Both the position numbers and the translations under genes were made by a program. This document shows positions 17,657 through 27,617 of a stretch of 64,000 nucleotides of DNA, piece after piece (the stretch's first letter is position 1; each line of letters opens with the position of its first letter). Source of the stretch: a virus; the IMG/VR virus record IMGVR_UViG_3300050821_001592, positions 20,703 through 84,702 of that record; one strand, given 5' to 3'. The notes under the pieces were generated by a model that saw only the letters and a list, made by a program, of their open reading frames with translations, was not told the origin of the DNA and ran no database searches.

Positions 17657-20600
17657 CTAGGACATCTGTGCGAACGAGCCGTAAATGGTAAAACTTTGCA
17701 ACTCGTTAAGAGCGGCTTCGGCGGGCCACTGAACCATCACTTGCATGTGTCGGCACAATGCTGCCGTATCGCCATTCCCGGCTTCAGACATATAAAACCG
17801 TTGACCCAGAATAGACGACGATTCGGGCAACGTGGGCGGGTCGGAAACCCAATCCTTGATGATATCGAAGCTACCTTGATAATACGGGAGGGCTTCATCG
17901 AATATAACCCCGATGATACACGGAGAGCCCACGTTTACTTGGTCGGTCGTAATGAAACTAATAGCAGCGACCTGTCCGGGTTGTGCTACGACATAAGACC
18001 CAAAAACTCCGAACGCCGGATAGGTCGTACCGTTGACCAAGAATCCGCCGTTGTAATCCCCAGAGCCCCCGTCAGTGGAAGCATCCAAATCGCGAAATAG
18101 GATTGTTCCGAAGCCTTCAGTACCACCACCTAGTGCGGGACCGATTAGCAACCTATGGTCACCCGGTGCTACTTCAATAGCACCGATAGCGCCACAACCT
18201 TGACCTGAGTACCCGTAGTTAGTAACCGGGTTTATGCTTGCAAAAGGACTCCAACACCCTCCTTCTAGACCTTCGGGCGCGGGCGTCTGGATTAGTCGAA
18301 ACCATCCATGGAGGCCGTCTGCTAAGAACCACCCCATATCTTCGCCGTTGACATACCACGCGACATAGCTCGTCGCAGGATTCCAATCGGTGCCTGCTAA
18401 CCCGGTTTGGAGACGGAGTAGGTTAGCAATAGGATGACCTTCGTGGTCCACCCCATGTTGCGGTGTGAATATTACAAACTGGTGGTCAGTAGTGAACATC
18501 CCGATTTGTGTTCCATTGGTGGACAGTGCGTTATAGCTGCTGAGACCGAGACCCGGAACGTAAGTCTGAACATTTTGAATAGCCCCACCTTGCGTCGGCA
18601 CAATATCCACGTCGGACAGCGTGAACGTCAAAATACCGATGGAGCTGGGGACTATGCGAGTGATGCGCGAGAGCGTAGAACTATTATTCCCCGGAGCGCC
18701 CCCGTTGATGCCATTACCCGACGGGTCCTGAGGACCTGACGTGTAAAATATTGTGTTCCCCACACTGTACCAGATACGATTAAGCGCGTATGCGAGGTTA
18801 ATCGCACCTGCTCGTGGGGGCGTATTCTGTTGGGCTGTTGCTCCCGAGACAAGTAAGTCTAACCCGGTGTCGGGGGTGTTGTCGACGTATCCGTTGGTGA
18901 GATACTGCACCAATGGAACTGTGTAATTGGTATTCCCTCCCGACGGGATGAGAAGCTCAATAGAGCCCCCATCTGTCGTACGATAAATCGCGACATAATC
19001 CGATTGGGGGTCAATGTTATTTAGGTTCAGCCCTTCACCCGGAGCAAATACAATCTCACCGTTCTTGACTTGAATGCCGATACCATTGACCGCATTCGTA
19101 GGCGACATATTAGAAACCGTGTTATCCAGTGTGTTAACCACAGCGATTCCATATATAAACCCCTGCGGGGTCGTAGCAGTAATCTTACCCGGAGTGTTAG
19201 TCGGGGTGGTGGAACTCCCCGTGTTAATCCAGAACAACTGCCCGACTGTTCCATCTTGAGTTGTGACGTTGCCTACATTTGGAGCTGCCGCGAAAATAGC
19301 TGTGGGTATAGTCGAACCCGAGATGCCCGTTCCATACGGTAGGAAGGTACTAGTGTTGACTACAATCCCCGAACCGGGCAGTGTATACAGGGTGTTCGGC
19401 ACGGCTACGAAATTACTCTTCGAGCCAAGATTCATCCATACGTAAAGTCCCCCTTGAAGAACTTCCGACGTCAATCCGCCGAATTGAATACCGTACGAGT
19501 ATGGAGCTGTCGTTTGCTCTATGACATACGGAAAGGTGTTATACGCCGCGCCTGTAACCGTGAAATTGTTGAATACTGGCTGAGTATGCCACGATAGGTC
19601 TTGGCCTACGGCGAGATTTTGTCCAATGACCGTAGTGCCTGATACGAAGGGTGCCGTTTGGGAGATGACCATAACGCCTTGGTCTTCCCAATTTACCCAA
19701 TCTGCTTCTAGGACATACACCCCTGAGTTAGGAAATGTAAAGGCCCCTGTTTCCGTCAAAACGCCCGACGCTGGGGGCGAACCTTCACCGCCGTTGCGAA
19801 CACTGTTGTTATTTCCAACGAGCTGAGCTATCGGAATGTTATACGCCGTCGAACCCGTCGTTGAGGATGCATTTACGGGGGGCCCTCCCGAAGCCGAAGC
19901 CTGAGAAAACCCAAAGAACGCACCATCGTCGTGCATGATGGAGAAAACGTACGGAGAACCGATGGTTGGGATGTAAACGTTGGCGACAATCGCCCCGCCC
20001 TGTCCGGGGCTAGTTTGACCGGAGTCGACTGCCGAGCCCAAGAAACCTGCACCATCCATGTTGTAGAAGAATATGTCGCCGCCCGAAGCAGAGGGCCATG
20101 CCCCGAACGCACCCGTGGGTTGAGTTGCACCCGAACCTGTCTGCATCCATAAACTCGGGGGCTCTGCACCAGCCGCGAAAGTAAAGTCGGGCGCATGGTT
20201 CGGTTCGAGGGGATAGAACCCCTTGAATGTCCCTTGATTCATGGTCGTGGAATTAAATCCGAAAAACGTCACGGGTGTAACAGGTGTCGTAAAGTTCGAT
20301 TGAATGGCGGGCTGGCCTGCACTGCGGCTTGGCGGAAGGCTATGAATGAAAGGCTGCACACCTTTTACAAGCTGTTGCCACTGGCTGTTGGCCAATACGA
20401 AATCATCCTCGTAGAAATGTTGAGCCCCAACCCAAGCGTTACAACCCGGAACTCCGTTAGCCGTTGCGGGTGGTTGTATGCACAACCACACTTCCGTCCC
20501 TGAAGAAAAATAAGACGCGAGCGTCGTGACCGCTGCGACACTCTTCGTTATGAGACCGTAACCCGCGTCTGCGATAATCCCAGCGGAAGATGCGAGACCT

Positions 20601-22240
20601 ATTGTAGATGACGCGGTCGCAGTCACCGTATATCGAGAACCCGTTGCAGCATTGTAAGACCCGTGGTCTGAAACCGAAACTACTGTGAATAACAGGCCGT
20701 TGCATGCAGTAGCATTAACAGGTGACTGCACTCGAAGACGATTGACAATAAACGTATCGCCCGCCACGAGCGCCCGATGTCCCGTTAGGTCTTCGGTGCT
20801 GAAAGTCACAGAAGCTAGCCCGCCTACAATACCGTTAAGGGTGACCGCGTAGAGGTCGAACTTCGGCGCGGGTGTAGGGGTGGCCGGAAAAGAAGCCGTT
20901 GAAAACCCAGAGCCTGTTGTTCCGGCTTTGAATATCTGCCACAAATATCCGGCATTGTCCTGAACAATACTCGCGGGAGAGTAATACGTGTTAGGAGACC
21001 AACTACCTGCGGACGCACCTGTGGAAGAGACCACGAGCGCCTCATCGGGGGCAGCAATCCCCCAATTCTCAACTGTTGACCCCCTGTTGACCCATAAAGC
21101 CTGTCCGTCGAGAGTGATACTTCCCCCGAAGTTATTCGCAGCCGAAGGGACCGTCGACCCGAATGTGGGCTTAGTCGGCCCAAGAAGGACGTACTGGCTG
21201 GGTTGGATAGACGGCACACTCCCGCCGTTGAGGATTTGTAAAAACGCAGTGTCGGGGTTCGTAATAGCTGTCGGGGGGATGTCCGCGTGGTCGACATTCG
21301 CTGTGACAGTCGTGCTATCCCACGTATCTGTTATAGTGATTTCCAGACCTTGCAGAGCTGCGAGAGTACCCCCTTTACCGAATTGACTCGCGCCAGCGGC
21401 GTTGTCTGTGCTCCAAATGAAAAATTGCGTACCGATAGGTGGTGCCGGAACCGAACCCGTAGCATCTCCGGTATTGAACGGAGCGGAACTCATCGTCAGA
21501 GTGAGAACGTTGTTAGAAATCTTCGCCGACGTAATATAAACATTACTCACCGTGGGTGAAGCTACGGTCTGGTCGGAACTCTGGACAATCGCACCAATGA
21601 GCTGCTGGATATCTCCGTTACCGTCTATGAGGTATGTCGTCATAAACGGGTAGGTATTCAATGGAAGAAGGTTGGGGCTGGTCGGGGTTGTGGGCCATTG
21701 AAACAAAGTCTGCAACCACTTCTTATTATCGACCCCATTACCGAAATAGAATTCATTGCCTACTTGGACGCCGTAAGTCTGGCCTGCGGACATGCTCGCG
21801 CTTTGCCACACAAGCTGTTTTGCTAACGCAGAGCTGAGAGCGGACAGGGATGCAGGCGTGTTGGAATACGCCGTCGATTCGGGGCCCTCGCTCACCATCG
21901 TGAATATGGCCTCGGTGCTTTGGCCAAATGAATCGCTCAAGGCCTTACTAACTCGAAATCGGTCAAAAGATAGCACATTCTGCCATTCATTAACCGTGTC
22001 GTATTCGGGATTTCCGGGGCGACGACCGAGGGTGAGTTTATTAGTAATCTCGACATTCAAACCATCAATCAGAGCGTCCCCAGCAGGGCCGTAGAATTTT
22101 TCAACCGTGCGGGTAGACTTGGCATCTCGCAAGGGAGAACGGTTGGTATTAATGCCCGAAAACATACGCCCTACATAGATAGGCGCAGCTTTCGTTTGTT
22201 TACCCGGATTTGCGCCGTTTGACTGGAGGACGTTTGACAT
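17657..22240 (-). CDS. Large tail protein (nozzle/tubular protein B-like) with inserted beta domains including a PA14-like module
   Basis: 1527 aa; N-terminal GLNVEIT..LTL.RRPG and C-terminal beta-propeller-like segments; central YVFSIMHDDGAFFGF...YVLEADWVN. Confidence 0.6.
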   Translation of the reverse strand: MSNVLQSNGANPGKQTKAAPIYVGRMFSGINTNRSPLRDAKSTRTVEKFYGPAGDALIDGLNVEITNKLTLGRRPGNPEYDTVNEWQNVLSFDRFRVSKALSDSFGQSTEAIFTMVSEGPESTAYSNTPASLSALSSALAKQLVWQSASMSAGQTYGVQVGNEFYFGNGVDNKKWLQTLFQWPTTPTSPNLLPLNTYPFMTTYLIDGNGDIQQLIGAIVQSSDQTVASPTVSNVYITSAKISNNVLTLTMSSAPFNTGDATGSVPAPPIGTQFFIWSTDNAAGASQFGKGGTLAALQGLEITITDTWDSTTVTANVDHADIPPTAITNPDTAFLQILNGGSVPSIQPSQYVLLGPTKPTFGSTVPSAANNFGGSITLDGQALWVNRGSTVENWGIAAPDEALVVSSTGASAGSWSPNTYYSPASIVQDNAGYLWQIFKAGTTGSGFSTASFPATPTPAPKFDLYAVTLNGIVGGLASVTFSTEDLTGHRALVAGDTFIVNRLRVQSPVNATACNGLLFTVVSVSDHGSYNAATGSRYTVTATASSTIGLASSAGIIADAGYGLITKSVAAVTTLASYFSSGTEVWLCIQPPATANGVPGCNAWVGAQHFYEDDFVLANSQWQQLVKGVQPFIHSLPPSRSAGQPAIQSNFTTPVTPVTFFGFNSTTMNQGTFKGFYPLEPNHAPDFTFAAGAEPPSLWMQTGSGATQPTGAFGAWPSASGGDIFFYNMDGAGFLGSAVDSGQTSPGQGGAIVANVYIPTIGSPYVFSIMHDDGAFFGFSQASASGGPPVNASSTTGSTAYNIPIAQLVGNNNSVRNGGEGSPPASGVLTETGAFTFPNSGVYVLEADWVNWEDQGVMVISQTAPFVSGTTVIGQNLAVGQDLSWHTQPVFNNFTVTGAAYNTFPYVIEQTTAPYSYGIQFGGLTSEVLQGGLYVWMNLGSKSNFVAVPNTLYTLPGSGIVVNTSTFLPYGTGISGSTIPTAIFAAAPNVGNVTTQDGTVGQLFWINTGSSTTPTNTPGKITATTPQGFIYGIAVVNTLDNTVSNMSPTNAVNGIGIQVKNGEIVFAPGEGLNLNNIDPQSDYVAIYRTTDGGSIELLIPSGGNTNYTVPLVQYLTNGYVDNTPDTGLDLLVSGATAQQNTPPRAGAINLAYALNRIWYSVGNTIFYTSGPQDPSGNGINGGAPGNNSSTLSRITRIVPSSIGILTFTLSDVDIVPTQGGAIQNVQTYVPGLGLSSYNALSTNGTQIGMFTTDHQFVIFTPQHGVDHEGHPIANLLRLQTGLAGTDWNPATSYVAWYVNGEDMGWFLADGLHGWFRLIQTPAPEGLEGGCWSPFASINPVTNYGYSGQGCGAIGAIEVAPGDHRLLIGPALGGGTEGFGTILFRDLDASTDGGSGDYNGGFLVNGTTYPAFGVFGSYVVAQPGQVAAISFITTDQVNVGSPCIIGVIFDEALPYYQGSFDIIKDWVSDPPTLPESSSILGQRFYMSEAGNGDTAALCRHMQVMVQWPAEAALNELQSFTIYGSFAQMS

Positions 22241-22249
22241 AGGACCTTT

Positions 22250-23416
22250 CTACCCGATGATGATTTGTGCGATAGAGAAAATATCACTGCCGATGGGTGA
22301 CATCAAAGATGTAGCACTAGCATCCGACGAGTGATTCCCTGAGAGGAATCCTGTAATCCCGCCATAAGCTTGCCATACGTTCCCGCCTGCATTTGATGTC
22401 GTGAAATATGCATTACCTGCGGAGGATGACGGGTCGATATATACCGCGATATAGTAATCATGGGCAGTATCGATTGTGATTGCCGCCGGGTTACTGAGGT
22501 AAAGCGTGCCCGCGCTAGAAAAAGACCCACCGGGCCACGTCAACGGAACCGGGGAGGTCGTCCATACGGATGACCCCGGCAGGGTGGCTCCGATACTCGC
22601 GGCATTAACAATAAACGGCAGGGTCGCCGTGGTGAGAAGGCCTACTTGGACGCTCGGTCCTACACCCACGATGTACGTCGCGGGGATTTTAAATACTAAC
22701 GTAAACCCATTCAATCCCGCGCTCACCGTTGTGGGGTTTAGAATCGGCATCGTCACTACGTTACTGCCTGCGGGGCTTCCTGAACCTGAAGCTGAGATTA
22801 AAATCTCCCCCGCTGAGGGGTTCGTAATAGCTATGCCCGTGCCTGCAACAAAGTTTATAGGATTGGTAGAAGTTATCGGAGTTCCACCGACCTCGACATT
22901 GAGAACAGATGTTGATGCCCACTCTAGTTCCCCGTTCCCTAAATCAGTTATGGTAATGCCCGCGCCTGCGGTGAAATTCGCGATAATCTGACTTTCGGCT
23001 GGGGTGCTGTTAACTTCTAGCAATAGTGGCTGGGTAGCAGGAAACCACGATATGACTGTATTCGGAAGCCATGCATCCAGATTAAAAGTCGCGCCGGAAC
23101 CGACTTGCTGGTTGTTGGGCCCAAAAGCTCTCTGGCCTTGCGAAGTAAACCCCGTAACGCGATAGAAATTATTCTGGGGGGACATCGCGAGATTGGACCA
23201 AACGAATTGATTCGCAGCAGCGGGGGTGGATATCGAAGACGCAACATTGCCCTGAGAGTCGAGTTGAATGATGATGTCAATGCCGGAACAAATCGTTCCC
23301 ACGCTCGGGACCAAACAATCCTGACTTAAATGAAACCTGAGAGTTCCGTTCGCTAGAGGCGACCCGGTGGGGGTTTGGAAAGAGCCTCCAAGTAGCTGTG
23401 TCTTCGTTGCGGGCAT
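22250..23416 (-). CDS. Tail fibre/spike-like protein
   Basis: GGAG RBS at 23416; repeated NF.AG.GI.IT units; N-terminus paralogous to 23425-23715. Confidence 0.6.
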   Translation of the reverse strand: MPATKTQLLGGSFQTPTGSPLANGTLRFHLSQDCLVPSVGTICSGIDIIIQLDSQGNVASSISTPAAANQFVWSNLAMSPQNNFYRVTGFTSQGQRAFGPNNQQVGSGATFNLDAWLPNTVISWFPATQPLLLEVNSTPAESQIIANFTAGAGITITDLGNGELEWASTSVLNVEVGGTPITSTNPINFVAGTGIAITNPSAGEILISASGSGSPAGSNVVTMPILNPTTVSAGLNGFTLVFKIPATYIVGVGPSVQVGLLTTATLPFIVNAASIGATLPGSSVWTTSPVPLTWPGGSFSSAGTLYLSNPAAITIDTAHDYYIAVYIDPSSSAGNAYFTTSNAGGNVWQAYGGITGFLSGNHSSDASATSLMSPIGSDIFSIAQIIIG

Positions 23417-23424
23417 TCTATCTC

Positions 23425-23715
23425 CTACGGGGTGAGGCTGAAGGTGGGGGCGTCCGGTACGACGACGACTCCGCGCCACACTTTCTGGCCTTTAGCGGAG
23501 TACGCGCTCATGTGATATGTCACGGGCCCCCAAAGGGTGGGACCTCCTGTGACGCTTCCGCTCGCATCCAAATTTAAGGTGCTTTGTAATCCCGCGCAAA
23601 GCTGTACTCCGATGTTAACGTCTTGCGACAATTCAACGATGACTGTACCGAGTGCGAGCGGATTGCCGAGACTATCCTGAAAACTTCCACCCGAGATTAC
23701 CGCTTCCTGACTCAT
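23425..23715 (-). CDS. Small tail protein, paralog of the N-terminus of 22250-23416
   Basis: GGSFQDSLGNPLALGTVIVELSQD vs GGSFQTPTGSPLANGTLRFHLSQD. Confidence 0.6.
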   Translation of the reverse strand: MSQEAVISGGSFQDSLGNPLALGTVIVELSQDVNIGVQLCAGLQSTLNLDASGSVTGGPTLWGPVTYHMSAYSAKGQKVWRGVVVVPDAPTFSLTP

Positions 23716-23716
23716 G

Positions 23717-24706
23717 TTACACCGTCCGCGATTGCATGCCCTGCTGTTTCTTCATCATCTGAGCATTGGTAAGTAAATCCCAATTGTTGAGGAATATGTT
23801 ACGGTCTTCGTCATCAATGCCCGATTGACGGGCTAACACAGCGGCCTTGAATTGAGAGTTATACATCGGGGCTCTCGGGTCGTCATTAAACGCTAACATC
23901 CAGCCGAGGAAGCCAAGGCTATAGACGTTTTCAAGATAGTCCGGTAACGGGGCCCACGTCTGGTTAATGCTTGTGATGAGCGGCGGGGTGAGCTGGGTGT
24001 GAATACTCACGGGGTAGTTTTTATTGGGTGAAGGCATGACGCGGAAAGTCATGTTGCCATTTGCGTCTTCGGATTCGGGGCTGATGAATGCCGACCGACC
24101 TTGTGTGGTATTCAGTGCAAGATTGTCTTTTACTGTCAACTCAACCCAATTCGGATTCGTATTTGTAATATCAAAAACCGAAGCGTGTTCGATATGTGAA
24201 AACCATCCGGTGGTTGCTCCCCCCGATGCGTTATACCCTGCGGGCGGGGCCACGACATAGTCTTGAGTCGTTGTCGCCGTGAATGTGCCTGTCGTATCGG
24301 TACCATCTGGTAAATTGACGAGCGCCGTAAAACCAGTGTAATTCGGAAAGGTTCCGATTACGCTCTGGACAGATACGAGAAATCCGTTGAGCTTTGTAAT
24401 AGTGCCGAATGCTGAACCCGTGAGAGGCATACCAACGCCAAAGCTATTGGCGGCGGTTACGGTCATCAGTCCGCCTGCAATGGTTACTGCGGTAGTAGAG
24501 GCAGAAGGCGCAACGGTCGACTCGTTGAATGTAATCTCCAGAGTGTTCCACCACCACACGAACGGGGGGCCGAGTATGGTTTGAATAACAATGTTGGCAG
24601 ACGTCAAGGCGGGCTCCAACGAATTCCCGATAACCGGGTTATGGTTGAAACACAACCTCTTAGCCCAATTAACTGTATCGCCTATCTTACGGGTTGACGC
24701 TGCCAT
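23717..24706 (-). CDS. Head-tail adaptor/tubular protein A-like
   Basis: Helical N- and C-termini, FRVMPSP and INQTWAPLPD motifs; paralog of 25477-26790. Confidence 0.55.
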   Translation of the reverse strand: MAASTRKIGDTVNWAKRLCFNHNPVIGNSLEPALTSANIVIQTILGPPFVWWWNTLEITFNESTVAPSASTTAVTIAGGLMTVTAANSFGVGMPLTGSAFGTITKLNGFLVSVQSVIGTFPNYTGFTALVNLPDGTDTTGTFTATTTQDYVVAPPAGYNASGGATTGWFSHIEHASVFDITNTNPNWVELTVKDNLALNTTQGRSAFISPESEDANGNMTFRVMPSPNKNYPVSIHTQLTPPLITSINQTWAPLPDYLENVYSLGFLGWMLAFNDDPRAPMYNSQFKAAVLARQSGIDDEDRNIFLNNWDLLTNAQMMKKQQGMQSRTV

Positions 24707-24716
24707 GATGGGTCCT

Positions 24717-25145
24717 TTAGACTGCTCGCAATTTACGAATTACATCAAACACAAAAAGAAACGGAGAGAATGCACCGAGCCATTCACCTAACATCAACAA
24801 AAAGTCGCCGATGGAATAAATCGCATTCTTCATGTCAAAAATGTCTGCGAGTAGGTTGAGATGGGTCTGGCTCGTCATAACACAATGAGTGTCGTCGATG
24901 AACCCCTCGGATTCGAGAGCCTGCAAATCGAACGTAGCTTGAATGACGATGTCGAGGTCTTCACTCGTGTCTGCCGTCTTTTCTAATCCTAAGCGGTACT
25001 GCGCTACTTTATAGGTGTTCCACATTACCGGGAATCGGTCGTTGTTCGCGTAAAGTACGGCTTGGTTAGAGGCTGCGCCTACCAGAGTGAGCACGATTGG
25101 TATAGCAAGGATGTAAAGAGAGGTCTTCCTGAGGGATTTGAACAT
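24717..25145 (-). CDS. DUF5317-like membrane protein
   Basis: N..V..AN..RFPV...HCVMTSQTHLNLLADIF...YSIGD motif with flanking TM segments. Confidence 0.7.
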   Translation of the reverse strand: MFKSLRKTSLYILAIPIVLTLVGAASNQAVLYANNDRFPVMWNTYKVAQYRLGLEKTADTSEDLDIVIQATFDLQALESEGFIDDTHCVMTSQTHLNLLADIFDMKNAIYSIGDFLLMLGEWLGAFSPFLFVFDVIRKLRAV

Positions 25146-25213
25146 CGGGTCTCCGACAGAGCATCCTTTTTTATAGCGTGCCTGCGAACGCAGCCCTCTG
25201 TTCACGCTGTAGA

Positions 25214-25229
25214 GGGGGCCGAAGCCCCC
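25214..25229 (-). terminator. GC hairpin after the small secreted peptide gene
   Basis: GGGGGC-TTCG-GCCCCC (minus strand); no strong U-tract. Confidence 0.4.
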
Positions 25230-25235
25230 GCTAGT

Positions 25236-25409
25236 TTACTTGACTGCGGTGCCTACGCACATGCAGAGATAAGGACCACCATCGCCACCGAAATAGCATT
25301 CCAGAACGGATGGAGGGGTACATTTGGGTTTCTCGTACGCATACACCCGAGCGGCGAACACGGTTGCCAAAGCGAACAAGGCCACTGCAAAGGCCAATTT
25401 CTTCTTCAT
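25236..25409 (-). CDS. Small secreted 4-Cys peptide (57 aa)
   Basis: AGGAG RBS; MKKKLAFAVALFALATVFAARVYA-YEKPKCTPPSVLECYFGGDGGPYLCMCVGTAVK; below the ORF-track cutoff. Confidence 0.75.
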   Translation of the reverse strand: MKKKLAFAVALFALATVFAARVYAYEKPKCTPPSVLECYFGGDGGPYLCMCVGTAVK

Positions 25410-25444
25410 TAAGTCTCCTAGGTCATACTTTTTCCACTCTTGCG

Positions 25445-25473
25445 ATTATAGCACAATCGAAAGAGTATGTCAA
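25445..25473 (-). promoter_or_regulatory. Perfect-consensus sigma70 promoter
   Basis: TTGACA-17 nt-TATAAT. Confidence 0.85.
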
Positions 25474-25476
25474 GGG

Positions 25477-26790
25477 TTAATAAGACCCCCACTGCCCGTA
25501 AGGCCATTGAGGGCTGATTCCACTACCGTAGTTGAGGCCCGTATCCATGACTCCGGCTTCGCTCGGAACAAATCCAAAAGCATCGTCTTCGCGACTTCCT
25601 TGACTGACCGAGAGATTCAACGACTCCATCCACAGTTTTTTCGCCATTTCAAACTTCGCTCGGACCTTGGGGTCGGGCGATGCGGCGTAGCAATATGCAA
25701 AGAACCCCTGCTTGAAGTAGCGATAAAAATCATCGGGAATAGGGTCGAGCGTTTGATTGATATTAGTAAATTGCGCGATTCGGGCTTGTCCGATAGGTGC
25801 AATCTGCCATACAGGTCCCGTTTGAGAAGGCATCGGAGAGATACGGAAACCTTGGCCCTTAGGCCAGACGGCTGTCCACTGAACCGTACCGTCCATTACT
25901 GTAGTGGCTACCGTATTTTGGGACGCGAGGGTCGGATAGACGGGAGAGATAGAAAACGTGCCGACGGTGTCCGTTCCATTCGGAAGATTGACGGTTGCAG
26001 TAAACCCGGTTGGGCTCGCGGTCAGAATCGTTATGGGTAGCCCGTTCAAGTCCGTCAAGGTCGTAAAACCACTGCCAATTACAACGGTGCCTGTTTTCAA
26101 GCCATTAGGAGCTGCGACAGTGAGTGTCCCGCCTGAAATTACGACGGACGTAGCTATGGGCGCGAAGGGGTTGAAGACGCCGCAAGTGCCATACCCCCCG
26201 TTCGGGTTGAAAGTGGTTGAGGGTGTGATAATCCAAAAATTGCCTGCTTGGTCTTGAACTTGAGTGATGTTATTGGTAGGCGTGGCGGTAAGCCCGAGGG
26301 GGTTAGTATAAACAACGCCAGCGGAGGGGTTGCCGAGGCCGGAAAAACTCTGGATAGTGCTCTGGCCCCACGTACCATAAGTAAGGGTGTCGTTTTCCAT
26401 CCAGCAGATTTGCGCGTATCGCGAACCTTGTCCGTTTACGCCAGTCAGCAGTAAGTCCCGCTTTACTTCAATCACAGCCGTAGGTTTAGGTACCACAGTT
26501 GAAGAAGTGTTGTACGCGAGACAAGACTCTAGCCAACCGAGATTGGTCAAAGAGCTGGCATAGTCTTGCTGCCAAGAGTTGACGAAGAATTGGGGTACAA
26601 GGATTCGGTTGAATTTGAAATTAAAACGAGAGCCGCGAGCAGAACCCAGAAGCATGTCCGTCATCACGTCGTTAGTTATGCTGAGGGCCAGTGTTTCGTA
26701 ATATCCACCTGTGGGCAGAACGGGGGCTAGGTCCCCCATCGTACGGGCTTGGTCCACAAGATTTTGGACTGTGTAGGAACTGTTTGCCAT
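25477..26790 (-). CDS. Head-tail adaptor/tubular protein A-like (paralog)
   Basis: AAGGAG RBS at 26790; FRISPMP and INQTLDPIPD motifs. Confidence 0.55.
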   Translation of the reverse strand: MANSSYTVQNLVDQARTMGDLAPVLPTGGYYETLALSITNDVMTDMLLGSARGSRFNFKFNRILVPQFFVNSWQQDYASSLTNLGWLESCLAYNTSSTVVPKPTAVIEVKRDLLLTGVNGQGSRYAQICWMENDTLTYGTWGQSTIQSFSGLGNPSAGVVYTNPLGLTATPTNNITQVQDQAGNFWIITPSTTFNPNGGYGTCGVFNPFAPIATSVVISGGTLTVAAPNGLKTGTVVIGSGFTTLTDLNGLPITILTASPTGFTATVNLPNGTDTVGTFSISPVYPTLASQNTVATTVMDGTVQWTAVWPKGQGFRISPMPSQTGPVWQIAPIGQARIAQFTNINQTLDPIPDDFYRYFKQGFFAYCYAASPDPKVRAKFEMAKKLWMESLNLSVSQGSREDDAFGFVPSEAGVMDTGLNYGSGISPQWPYGQWGSY

Positions 26791-26886
26791 GACACTCCTT
26801 GAAATACTGTTGGACGGTGGGGGCGTTATACCCACGACCCCTCGGCGTCTACCCGAGTGCTCTACTCTGAGCTACGTCCAAGCTTG

Positions 26887-27612
26887 TTAACGAAGGTTGG
26901 TCGAGGCCATGCTGTCTTTATACTCTTTGTTCCCGTCGACCCACTGACGGGTAACCGTGTCCCATTTATGAAAGGAGCAAATGACGGAAGACGACGGAGA
27001 GCCCGTAGTCGTGAACTTACACGCTTCGCGATACTCACGGTCAGCGTTGATGAAGGCCGTTTTATCAAACGCGCCATCCTCGGGAGCGACTTGATATCCT
27101 TGAGCATCAAAGTAGAAGTTTTTCTCGACCGGAGGGGCCCAAGTCTTACCGCAACGGGTACAACGAACCCACATATCTCCGTTAATCATGCGGTGACGGA
27201 TGACCGAACGTTTCTCGGAATCGCCGCCCTCGTGTAGAACTCTTAGGTCCCGAGCGTGGGCCATCCCACCTTTACGGTGAGAACATACATTCTGGCGAAG
27301 GTGGTCGGTTGCACGTTGCTGGCCGAACACACGAGACTTCTGCTTCAAATCATTCTCAGCCTGCTTGCGTTTAATCTCGCGGTCAGACTGGCGTTTCTTA
27401 CTTTCGTCGATATTAGCGAGACGCTCCTGAATTTCGAGCTTCTTTGCAGTCAACTCTTCCTGCTTCAACTGGATTTCGAGTTGCTGGGCTTGCAGCTTGG
27501 CTGCCTTGATTTGGTCATCCATGCTCGGCTCTGCGGGCGGGGCCGGGACATATCGAACGTCAGCCGCGATGGGTTCTTTCGAATCCTTTACTTCCTTTTC
27601 GTTGTGCATCAC
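26887..27612 (-). CDS. Hypothetical coiled-coil protein with Cys/His zinc-binding motif
   Basis: CSHRKGG...CTRCGK; AGGAGGAG RBS. Confidence 0.65.
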   Translation of the reverse strand: MMHNEKEVKDSKEPIAADVRYVPAPPAEPSMDDQIKAAKLQAQQLEIQLKQEELTAKKLEIQERLANIDESKKRQSDREIKRKQAENDLKQKSRVFGQQRATDHLRQNVCSHRKGGMAHARDLRVLHEGGDSEKRSVIRHRMINGDMWVRCTRCGKTWAPPVEKNFYFDAQGYQVAPEDGAFDKTAFINADREYREACKFTTTGSPSSSVICSFHKWDTVTRQWVDGNKEYKDSMASTNLR

Positions 27613-27617
27613 TCCTC

